Below, one piece after another: positions 1 through 12,475 of a stretch of 64,000 bases of DNA; the first letter of the stretch is position 1, and each line of letters starts with the position of its first letter. Under the pieces are notes generated by a model that made no database searches, was not told the DNA's origin, and saw only the letters and a list, made by a program, of their open reading frames with translations. The stretch comes from the human T2T-CHM13v2.0 reference genome, Homo sapiens. The DNA lies in assembly GCF_009914755.1 (NCBI RefSeq), contig NC_060925.1; one strand, written 5' to 3'. Made by a program: the position numbers and the translations under genes.

Positions 1-2009
<2,009 letters not shown>

Positions 2010-2539
2010 TGTCAGAGACATGTGAACCAGAGCATCTCCATCTTAAATAAGAGCTGGGTAAAATGAGGCTGAAAGTTACTGGGCTGCATTCCCAGACGGA
2101 TAAAGCAATCTAAGTCATGAAGTCAGCACAAAATACAGGTCATAATGACCTTGCTGATAAAACAGGTTGCAGTAAAGGAGCCAGCCAAAACCAAAATGGT
2201 GACAAGACTGACCTCTGGTCGTCCTCACTGCTACACTCCCATCAGCACCATGACAGTTTACAAATGCCATGGCAACGTCAGGAGGTTACCCTATATGGTC
2301 TAAAAAGGAGAGGCATTAATAATCCACCCCTTGTTTAGTATATCATCAAGAAATAACCATAAAAATAGGCAACCAGCAGCCCTTGGGGCTGCTCTGTCTA
2401 TGGAGTAGCCATTCTTTTATTCCTTTACTTTCTTAATAAACTTACTTTCACTTTGCACTGGGACTCACCTTGAATTCTTTCTTGGACGAGATCCAAGAAC
2501 CCTCTTTTGGGGTCTGGATCTGACCCCTTTCCTATAACA
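2010..2539 (+). mobile_element. MER41A-type 3' LTR
   Basis: TGTCAGAG...AACA termini; MER41 hallmark sequence (ctgggctgcattcccag, gaccttgctgataaaacagg); AATAAA at 2435-2440. Confidence 0.88.
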
Positions 2540-2619
2540 CTATTATGGTTTTCTTCTAAAGTATTATGTATTCCTTTCAGTCTTGTTGAGATGAAAAGGA
2601 ATAATGGGTTCTAATAATA

Positions 2620-3251
2620 AATAGACAACCATAAAACTCAACTTTATTTGATTTTTAAAAATAAAATGAAAGGTGACATCAAACAGTACTATGCAATATG
2701 AGAATATTAATTTCTCCTAAATTTCACTGAAAGCAAAAGTTACTTACTTACTGAAAGTTACTAAGATTGTGGAATATAATTCTGTTTTTCAATATTTACC
2801 AAACTGGGAAGGGGAGAATAGCTATACTCGGGAAAATATTAGGGAGGCACTAATTATAACAATTTCACAAATGAAAATTACAGGTTCTATGCTTTAGAGA
2901 GTAACATATCAGTTATACAACACTTTTTATAATGCACTATGTTAAAATTTGCTCTTAGCTGGAAACAGGGTTTCATTTGGTAGGACATATGTTTCAGTGT
3001 ATTTTATATTATCCTGAAGACTTTTTTAACATCCCAAATATAATGCAACTACTTAAAATTAAGAAGTTTTACAGAAGTCCATCCATTGCTTATAAACTAA
3101 ATGCAGCAGTAACCTGTTTCAGTGGCTTCTAAGTAAACTCCTTGCAGATAATCCTTTAGTATTTGAGCGAGGAAAGTAGTTTGGTCTTTAACCTGACTCC
3201 ACACATCATATTTGTATCATTAATACCCTTTTCTAAAATGGTATCCAGTTT
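2620..3251 (-). other. SLC9C2: SLC9C2 3' UTR (about 630 nt, AT-rich)
   Basis: Lies between the stop codon and AATAAA; cleavage site is an estimate. Confidence 0.75.
2643..2648 (-). terminator. Polyadenylation signal AATAAA of SLC9C2
   Basis: tttatt on the + strand; first canonical hexamer I found after the stop codon. Confidence 0.72.
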
Positions 3252-3255
3252 TCAA
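3252..3255 (-). CDS. SLC9C2: SLC9C2 last exon, coding part (T of Ser codon + TGA)
   Basis: ctttcttttatag|TTGA acceptor; completes AGT and stop, matching the known C-terminus KMS. Confidence 0.82.
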
Positions 3256-3643
3256 CTATAAAAGAAAGTCAAAAGTTAAATATTAGCCTATAAACATTTC
3301 AGGAAAAACTTCTTACCTATTAAATGGAACCAGAAAACTTATGTAGGCATTTCTATTTTATTATCTGAAACATTCCTCCTAAAAGATCTTCATATGAAGA
3401 GTTTTGAGTGATGCATATAATTAATTACATGTGCATCTCTACGCTGTCATCTTGTGAAGAGATACTACATTAATTCAATGAGAGTAGTCTATCAAAGGTG
3501 GGTTTAAGAAGAAGAGAAATGTTACAGAAGTTGAATTCCAATTAACTTTATGACTGATTGCAGGGCTATTGGAAACTTTTTTTGTAAATCGGAATGGGAA
3601 TCTTTTTAAGTAATGGGGGCTGAGACAAGATAGTAACAAATGA

Positions 3644-3894
<251 letters not shown>

Positions 3895-4150
3895 TGAAAT
3901 AAGGTCCCTTTAAGAGAGAGGAGAGGAAGGCCCTAGGAGGGCTGCCTAAAAAGAACCAAGTTACCTGGTTTAAAGGAACTATTGACCATAAATTTGGTCA
4001 ATGCAACTTTCCTTTCCCCAACAAATATTCTGCAGACTACCTTGATTATCATAAATAACAGTGGCAGGACCAACATTGCTATTAGAAGAGTCTTAGGGTG
4101 GCTGTCTAGTTGGGGATAATGTGGGCCAAGGGACTTCTCTTGCTGTTTAT

Positions 4151-4457
4151 GGCTGGGCGCGGTGGCTCACGCCTGTAATCCCAGCACTTTGGGAGGCCAA
4201 GGCAGGCAGATCATAAGGTCAGGAGATCGAGACCATCCTGGCTAACATGGTGAAACCCTGTCACTACTAAAAATACAAAAAAGTAGCCAGGCATGGTGGC
4301 ATGTGCCTGTAGTCCCAGCTACTCCAGAGGCTGTGGCAGGAGAATCGCTTGAATCCAGGAAGCAAAGGTTGCAGTGAGTCAAGGTTGTGCCAATGTACTC
4401 CAGCCCATGTGACAGAGTGAGATTCCATCTCAAAAAAAAAAAAAAAAAAAAAAAAAA
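4151..4457 (+). mobile_element. Alu (Sc/Y-like)
   Basis: Full dimer; A tail; TSD gctgtttat. Confidence 0.95.
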
Positions 4458-5425
4458 GCTGTTTATTTGGGATGACTTGGCACCTGGCTGGGAAAAGGCT
4501 AAAGGTCCTTGAAGCCTGTGCTTAGCACCATCACTGCTACCTGGCCCACTTCTGCATTTGTCTAGCACCCTATTAACCTGTCAGAGCCATCTGCTCCTCC
4601 AGTCCACCCAGCAGTCTGCTCTGGCCCAAACAGGAGCCCTAATAGAGACCTCTACAGTCATGAGCCCTGCAGGCTGCCCCACCACCACCAAAATTGTCTC
4701 TATTCTGTCCTGGTCCAATAAGACAGGCCCATATTCCTTTTCAACTCTAGGCGTGACTTCCAGCCTTCTCAAACTTCTCTAAATTTGTCCTGGTTACTGA
4801 GGAAAGAAGGAAAAGATGTAGGGGCAAACATCTACATGACTCTCCACAACAAAATGTCTTGAAGTCTCTTGTTTTATCTTAAAAATTCATGCAAATTTGT
4901 CATCCTACTCGATAATATGTTTTTTAATATAAAATGTTTCAAATAACCTACCAGTTAAATGAGTTAACCTTTTTCTTTAAAGGATCCTCAAGTAAAACTG
5001 GTACTCTAGGAAGATGCGTGTGATCAGCCTGTGACTCCACAAACTGCAAGCATAGCAATCTGTACCTCCAGGAATCCACACTCCAGAGGCAGAGCATGGA
5101 TATTTAGACCCTAGTGTCTACACGTGTGCATGATGTATGTCCCTCCTCACCCCAAATTCCATAGATCCCTACTCTTTGACCTAAATATCAGTGAGGGGGG
5201 TAAAAATGGGGTGGGGCAAAATTACATCTTTCAAAAATACTCTGTAATTTTAATTTTTAAGTAATTTAAATGGGGTTTATTCTAATTTGTCCAAATTAAT
5301 GAGTTGTAGCTAGGAGTGTCTTTTCTCACCACCTACAATTTGCTATTTTGCCTCAATTTATTTTAGCTGTATAGTTCAATATTTGCAATAAGAAAAAATT
5401 CTAATCAAAGTGTCAAGTTTATTAC

Positions 5426-5486
5426 CTCATCTTTTGTCTTCCATTTATATTCTTTCCTGGTTGTTCAAAGACCGTGTTGACTGAGG
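5426..5486 (-). CDS. SLC9C2: SLC9C2 penultimate exon (61 nt): (A)SVNTVFEQPGKNINGRQKM(S)
   Basis: ggttag|CC acceptor; AG|gtaata donor; phase 1 to 2. Confidence 0.88.
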
Positions 5487-5669
5487 CTAACCAAATCCAA
5501 GCATTGAACAGAAAAAGTAAATTAGGAATTTAAGAGTAAAGGCAACCAGAAAATATTTTGAAATATCTATTTGCTTTCTCCCTATAAGTTTCCCTTTTCC
5601 CTTCCCCCTCTCAAATGTCCCTGTTTTTCTTCCCTCAGAGGTTCGTAGTAGGCTCCCTAAAGTCCAATA

Positions 5670-6017
5670 CAAGGGCTGACAAACTCATATGAGAATAGGC
5701 AGATCACGTAAACAGTTGAAGTGGGCGGGGTAAAGGCGAGAGTGAGCAGTGTGGACTGTGGCAAGCTGCAGAGCATCTGCTCCCTCTATAGAAGCCAAAT
5801 GATACTCAGCCCTATCTATTGCCACATACAGGAATGAGGGCTGAGTGCTGGCAGACCTTATTTTTTCATGAAAACTTCAAAATCTGCATTTTTAAAATGC
5901 AAAACATTTGTTTCTACTTGGCAACTAATTTTAAAATTTTAAAAGAAAACAAGTGACTCTTAAACAAATTAAGAGTCAAAGATCCAGTCCACGTGCCTAC
6001 CATTTGTGACTTTTGTC
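5670..6017 (+). mobile_element. MER102-like hAT-Charlie DNA transposon fossil
   Basis: Resembles remembered MER102 consensus (gactgtggcaagctgcagagc, ttggcaactaatt). Confidence 0.6.
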
Positions 6018-7406
6018 TGAAACCCATGAGGAATACAAAGTGATGTGTTTCCCTCTATCTAAAAATGATTACAGAGGAACTCATCAAGAAAAGGGGCCTG
6101 TGGGCACAAGAACACTAGGGACCTGTGCCCTGCTCCCTGACAGTGCTTAAGATCTCTGACTCAATAGCCCTTCTTAGGGTGCCCCAAGGGGGCTGACGCT
6201 AGACCCTGAGTTCCCAGCCTTGCCATAGACTCCTGTGCCCCAAGAGTGATTTGAAAGCAGCAGAGCGGCAGACCTTCAGAGACTGTGAGCTGGGGAAATG
6301 GTCATCTCAGTGCTAGCCAACTTGGAAAGGTGACCCAGGAGCAGAGGGGGCTCCCTAAATCACAGTGCTGCATATGACCCTAGAAGAGGGTGAGCCACAG
6401 GAACCTCTGAGGTTCAAATTGCTGCCAAGGGAAAAGCTTAATTACTTATTGAATATCTGTCTCTCCTCCCTATGAAGGCAAACACCTTATCTGGCTCACT
6501 CACCAATTGGCACTTGGCACAGTACCCAGCACACAGCGGGGCTGCATTTTATAAAAAGCAAGCAATTGAGAAACAGTGAGATATAAGACTGAGAAAACGT
6601 CACTCTTCGCACACAATTTGAAATCGTGCAAATCCTCCCCCCAAAGCAACAATCCATTAAGAATTGCATAATAGCTAAACTGATGGATCACATGAATTGT
6701 AAACACTGGGATGGTGCAAGTTAGAGTTACAAACCTAGAGTGTGTCCTCAAGCTGGGGCAGCTGGGAGAATTTTGTCATTGGGCTTGGGAGGGCAGGGAT
6801 GCTGAGCACAAGATGGAAGATCTTGTGTGTGTTTTTTCTAGAGCAAGCTCTTCCTATCAAGTCTTCTCTGTATAATGCTTAGCACCATGATGCATGCAGT
6901 TGGATGCTAATAAATGTAACTATAGCTACTCAGTGACTATCAAGGCATACTCAAGGCAAGTCATTTGACTTGTAGCTGTGACCATGGAATACTCACTGAC
7001 TATGGGTAAGGTTTCCTATTCCCTTCAGTTGCTGGGAGCAAACCAGTTCCCCATACCTGGGCTCCTGTGAAAGAGTCTGTTCCCTCCCCATTCTTGCACT
7101 GCCAGCACCATGTGGCTGCAGCCTACCAGGGCAGCAACAGAGTGCATCGCAGAAGCTGCTCTCCCCTGACTAGTGTATGGAGGGAGGGACATGGCAGAGG
7201 AAGGAGCCACCTGGATTTTAGGGTCTGGAAGTCTCTCATATGTGACCTCCCAGGGCAATGTGGCAGCCAGGGTGGGCCCAAGGATGGGGACTAATGATAA
7301 ACCCACATAGTGCCCTCTCAAATCACTTTCTTAGAGTTAAAGGAATTTTACATGTATTGAAGTTCCTTCTCAATAGTTTTCCTACCACTAAAGGTCTACC
7401 CCTTAC

Positions 7407-7491
7407 CCATGACATTGGTGTTACTATTTCTTTGGGTAAGCTCAGATGCTTGGATTATCAGCAGCTTGCTTAAATCAGAAGTTCCCTGAAC
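7407..7491 (-). CDS. SLC9C2: SLC9C2 exon (85 nt): VQGTSDLSKLLIIQASELTQRNSNTNVM(A)
   Basis: ctctag|GTT acceptor; ATGG|gtaagg donor; phase 0 to 1. Confidence 0.9.
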
Positions 7492-9019
7492 CTAGAGGAG
7501 AAAAGTCAAAATTAGTCAAAAGAGCATTCTTTGATCTCTAACCTGGCTGCTTCCTAATCTTTCCAAAGAGTATAAAAAATAAGCCAAAGCCTAAAGCTGG
7601 GTCTTCAATCTTGGCTCTATATTCTAAATTTCAAATCCTCTTTGATGTTGAGAAGTCTTAGACCAACAAATTGTCCTTGCATATTTAGACACCAGAGAGG
7701 AAATTTCTACACCTTACTCATAACTAGGCTGGAAATTCCCAGTTTGGAAAGCAGGGAATCCCCAGCATCCAGTAAGCTACTTTTACTCCTACACTGATGC
7801 TCAAGGGCTCAAGGCTCAGCATTCCCAGGATGGCAAGACTGTCTTCCTTTCTTAGACCATTTGTCCCATGTGCCATAAAATCTGCCTCCCAGAATGCCAG
7901 CATCAAACAAGTAATCATTATAACTATCATTTTTAGATTACCACATATTATCTCATTTAATCCTCCCAATAACCCGATAAGATGGCTGCTGACCTTATCC
8001 CTATCTTACCATGAAGGAAATTGAGGGTCAGAAAGGTTAAGCAACTTACCTAAGCTCAAGTACAAGTAGGCACAGGGATCAAGTTTTAAAACAGCCTAAG
8101 TGTGCCTGACTCCAAACCCTGGTCTCTTAAGAAACTAAGCTGCAGTATTACTCCTGTTGCTTCCTTGCTTCTTGCCTCCATCCTTTGTTTCAAAGCTAAA
8201 CAAGATTTTAATTTTCTATTAAAAACATGTAAATTACCTTCATCATCTGAATTGATGAAAGGTACAAAATAAGAATGTTTTGAAAGAAGAAAATTCATTT
8301 TTTAGGTTTACCAACTTTTCCAGGACAAATTTTCATAATGACTTTTCACAGCCTGAACTGGGAGAAAAGGTCTCTCCCATAAGGTAGAAACTTACTGCCA
8401 GATTTAAAGAGATGTCAGTCAGCTCTTCCCATGGCCTCTGGGTCCTCCCCATTCCTTTGCCCAGTGGCAGGCAGCTTGGGCCATTAGGGACTTTGCTTCT
8501 ATCCTTCCCATGCCCTCTTATGTCCTAGGTGGTCACACTTCCTTTGTCTTTACAGAGGTATGGAATGCTGAGGCCCAGGGCCCAGGATCTACTATCAAGT
8601 GCCCATAGCCCCTAATGTGTCAACAAAGTGATGTGGTCCCTACTCTACTCCTTTTTTGTCAACCAGTGCAGATACTTCCAGAGCTATGCTAGAACACGGC
8701 ATCGTTGCCTTGGCGTAAACTAGGGAAAACTTACAGCATCTCATCCTTCCTTTGGCACAGCCCCACGCCAGGGCAAAGGGCGTGGCAAGCAAACAGCAGG
8801 CAGATTTCAGCTCCCTGTCCCTTGGGCACACCCTTGTGTAGGGCACCTGTATTACAGTACACAGAAGCCCTAGGTACATTTTTACTGTTTGTAAAAGGCA
8901 AGTAAGAACTACAGGGTCATTCCAGGTTAAATTTCTTTTTAAGGTGATCAGTTGAGTTTTAAAGTCACTTTTGGAGCACCGTGAAGAGCAAGAGACTCTT
9001 TAGAAATGATATTTCTTAC

Positions 9020-9205
9020 CTGCTCACAGGTTGTAGGTATAATGCAAGGTGCAAAATATGGTTCCTCTGTCTTAGTATCAATTACACTGCCATACACAAT
9101 GATAACAAATTTCATGGTCATATTATCAATAATCATGTCACTATAGCTTGATAAAGTTTCCACATATGCTTGATTGAACATCACACAGTTCTGAAACCTT
9201 AAGTC
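9020..9205 (-). CDS. SLC9C2: SLC9C2 exon (186 nt): DLRFQNCVMFNQAYVETLSSYSDMIIDNMTMKFVIIVYGSVIDTKTEEPYFAPCIIPTTCEQ
   Basis: tatag|GAC acceptor; CAG|gtaaga donor. Confidence 0.93.
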
Positions 9206-9652
9206 CTATAATAAAATTGCATTTTAGAAAATAAGTCATACAAACTGACAGATGGTATCAAGAAGAAAACAGATTTACTGATCTATCTGAATTATTTGAG
9301 GGTGTCAGAAGGTACACAGCCCCTGGCACCAACAGACAGGATTTATTTAGCATTCAGAATGGCCTCTGACAAATTTCTAAATTCCAAATGTTTATGCTGT
9401 TAATGGGCCCTGGATACTGTTGCCCAGCCCTAAATTGTGAGCTCTCAGCCACAGCAGGGTAGTTGGCTATGACTCAGGAGATTTCTATTTGCACAAGACT
9501 CAGAGTCTTAAAAGATTCAGAGTTTCACTTACAAGTAAGCTTATGTTCCACTTGACAGGTGAATAGGAATAACACAAAGCCAAAACAAAGCAAGCTAGAG
9601 TCTGAGCTATACTTCAAGGCTCAGAGTCATAGACTTTAGAACTGGGAGGGAG

Positions 9653-10097
9653 TTATTATGGGTTGAATTGTGCGCACACACACACACACACACACACCAC
9701 CTCCCACCCAATTCTTATGCTGAAGTCCTAACTCCCAGTATCCTGGAATGTGACCTTATTGAAATGGGTCATTGCAGATGCAATTAGTTAAGATGAAGTC
9801 ATACTGGAATAGGTTGGGCCTCTAATTTGAACAACTAGTGTCCTTATAAAAAGGGGAAACTTGGACGCAGACTTGCACACAGGGAGAACGCCACGTGAAT
9901 ATAAAGGCAGCCATTTATAAGCCAAGGAGGGAGGCCTGGCCCAGATTCTCCCTCACAGCCCCTCAGTAGGAGCCAATCCTCCCAACACCTTGATTTCTAA
10001 TTTCTAGCCTCCAGAACTGTGAAACGATGCATTTCTGGTTTTTTTACGCCACCCAGTTTGTGGTACTTTGTTACAGCCGTGCTTGCAAACTAACCCA
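9653..10097 (+). mobile_element. MLT1B-like MaLR solo LTR containing (CA)n at about 9675-9696
   Basis: gggttgaattgtg...gaatgtgaccttatt...cctccagaactgtga...ttgtggtactttgttacagc. Confidence 0.85.
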
Positions 10098-11327
10098 GGA
10101 ATTTAGAGATCAGCCCAACAGTAGGCATCTCCTGCACAGGGCCCTGACAGGGCTGTCAGCTCAGTCTAAACATCTCCACCCCCATTCAGGGCACAGCTAC
10201 ATGAGCCAGTCCCTGAATCTCAGTCACTGACAGGTGAATCATACATTTATTTGCTGAGGGCACCAGCACAACTGGGAACCAAAAACATTTAAAAATTAGC
10301 AAATGTATCTAGTATTTCACAACCAGAAAATCTAAAAAAAAATCAGCTGTTTTGGTTTGATTTTAAAATGCATATACATTTTGAGTTCTGTGATTTAGAG
10401 GGAAAAAAATCTTAATTGGCTAGTTCTTTAATGGAAAAAAAAAGAAAGAAACTAAGTATTAAATAGAGATTCTCTATTTAATAATAAATACAATTTTTTT
10501 AATGTTTTATATCTGTACTTTCTCATTTATATAATGAATATGTGTTGCTTGTGAATTTAAAAAAATTTAAAGGACATTCATCTTATTATTGAGTCAAGTC
10601 TGAGTCCATACAGTTTCTACCCATTGGTCCTAATTCTCACCCCTGAAGTTTCATACTAGACTCTAAATTTGTCCCACTTCTCATGAAGATGCAAGGTAAA
10701 AGGAAAAGAGAAGAATTCCAATCCCCTTATCCCTCTGCTAAAATTTTTCTGAAAGTTATTATTGCAATAAAGTAAAAGAAACCTGACTGGCTTGTATGAC
10801 ACACTCATTTTTTAACCCAATATTTATTTATACCCAGTCGCTCAGTTCAGTGAATATTACTGAACTTCCAATCTTTCCCAGTTCACTTCCCCAGTTCCTG
10901 ACTCACTAGCTAGTAAGGGTTCCAATAGTTACTAAATAGGATACAAATGTGAGATTGTAAATTGTGCTTGTCCAGAGAAAACTTGAACCACTACTCTTTG
11001 GAGGGGAAGTCCATGAGAGAGGCTCAGTCACCTCCACAAAGATTTTGAAAAGGCAGGAGATTTACAGACTTATATTAACATCGGCAGAGTAGGCAATAAT
11101 AAATACAGACAGAGCGTTTGTTAACACATTCTGATTAACACTATGCTTGGTTCAGGGGGGGATCTACCTATTTTGAATTTGCTAAATCTACCTTCTTTTT
11201 TTTTTTAGAAATGATTGCAAGTAGCTTGGGAAAATTAGCTGTGACAAAAGGATTGACAACCTGTAGGAACTCAGGATAAGAGAGCAGTTAAAATTCTAGC
11301 AATCTCATTTTAGAAAAGCAGACACAG

Positions 11328-11643
<316 letters not shown>

Positions 11644-11733
11644 CTATTTTTGTCTCAAAAATATGAAATGCATTTTGTAAAAAATACAATGCATAAAAAT
11701 TCAATTTATTAATATTTTAATCACATAACTTAC

Positions 11734-11865
11734 CTCATCAATAAGACTTGATTCAAAATACTGATAGGCAGTACTGAGAGCAAGCTTTAGCCATATTTTA
11801 TATTCCAGAGATGGCCAGAAGGCATCAAAGCCTTCATATAAATCCTCCAGGGAGATAAAGCAGGC
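11734..11865 (-). CDS. SLC9C2: SLC9C2 exon (132 nt): ACFISLEDLYEGFDAFWPSLEYKIWLKLALSTAYQYFESSLIDE
   Basis: tttcag|GCC acceptor; GAG|gtaagt donor. Confidence 0.93.
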
Positions 11866-12475
11866 CTGAAACAAAAAGGAACCAGGCCATAGCAGCTTGA
11901 TGTGGAACTAAATTACAAGACCATCAAAAAACAAGATGCCTGCAGATTTAACCTTCAGAAAAACTATCAATTCTAGCATAATTATGATACTCTTGTCATT
12001 TAGAAGCATTTGTATTGTGAAAATGGTTGTTTGCTAAGTATAAGATGATCAAATGTATGGTGTGATTAAAGCTATAGACTTTAATAAGAGACCAGAAAAA
12101 TGTATATCAGTCAATAGATATAATGAAGGATATGGCTCATGAGCCCAAAGTCCAGGATTCAGGAACTAAGCCATATGAACTTATCTATTTTTATTGTCAT
12201 GGTAGATAACATGAGCTCATTCACAGTATTTGTTTCCAGAGGCAAATAGTTTAGCTGAATAAAAAAGATACACTTTCAGATTCAAGTTACACGAACTTCA
12301 GTGAATTCAATTCAGCCTTATGACTAAACTCATGCCTTCTCTCCTCTTCCAAAAATGAAATGACATGAAATAGCTAAAACAACATTTCCTTCCACTCCAC
12401 ACACCCCTAAGACTCTGGATCCTGCTCTTTTGCATCATATAGTCTCCAAAGATTGAGAATTCTTTGGCTCATTTC

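Noticed and set aside
4952-5043. Longer 92-nt version of the candidate exon using the gcttgcag acceptor at 5043
   Set aside because: Poor pyrimidine tract, not a multiple of 3, and terminates internally at TAA; the 54-nt form is more coherent
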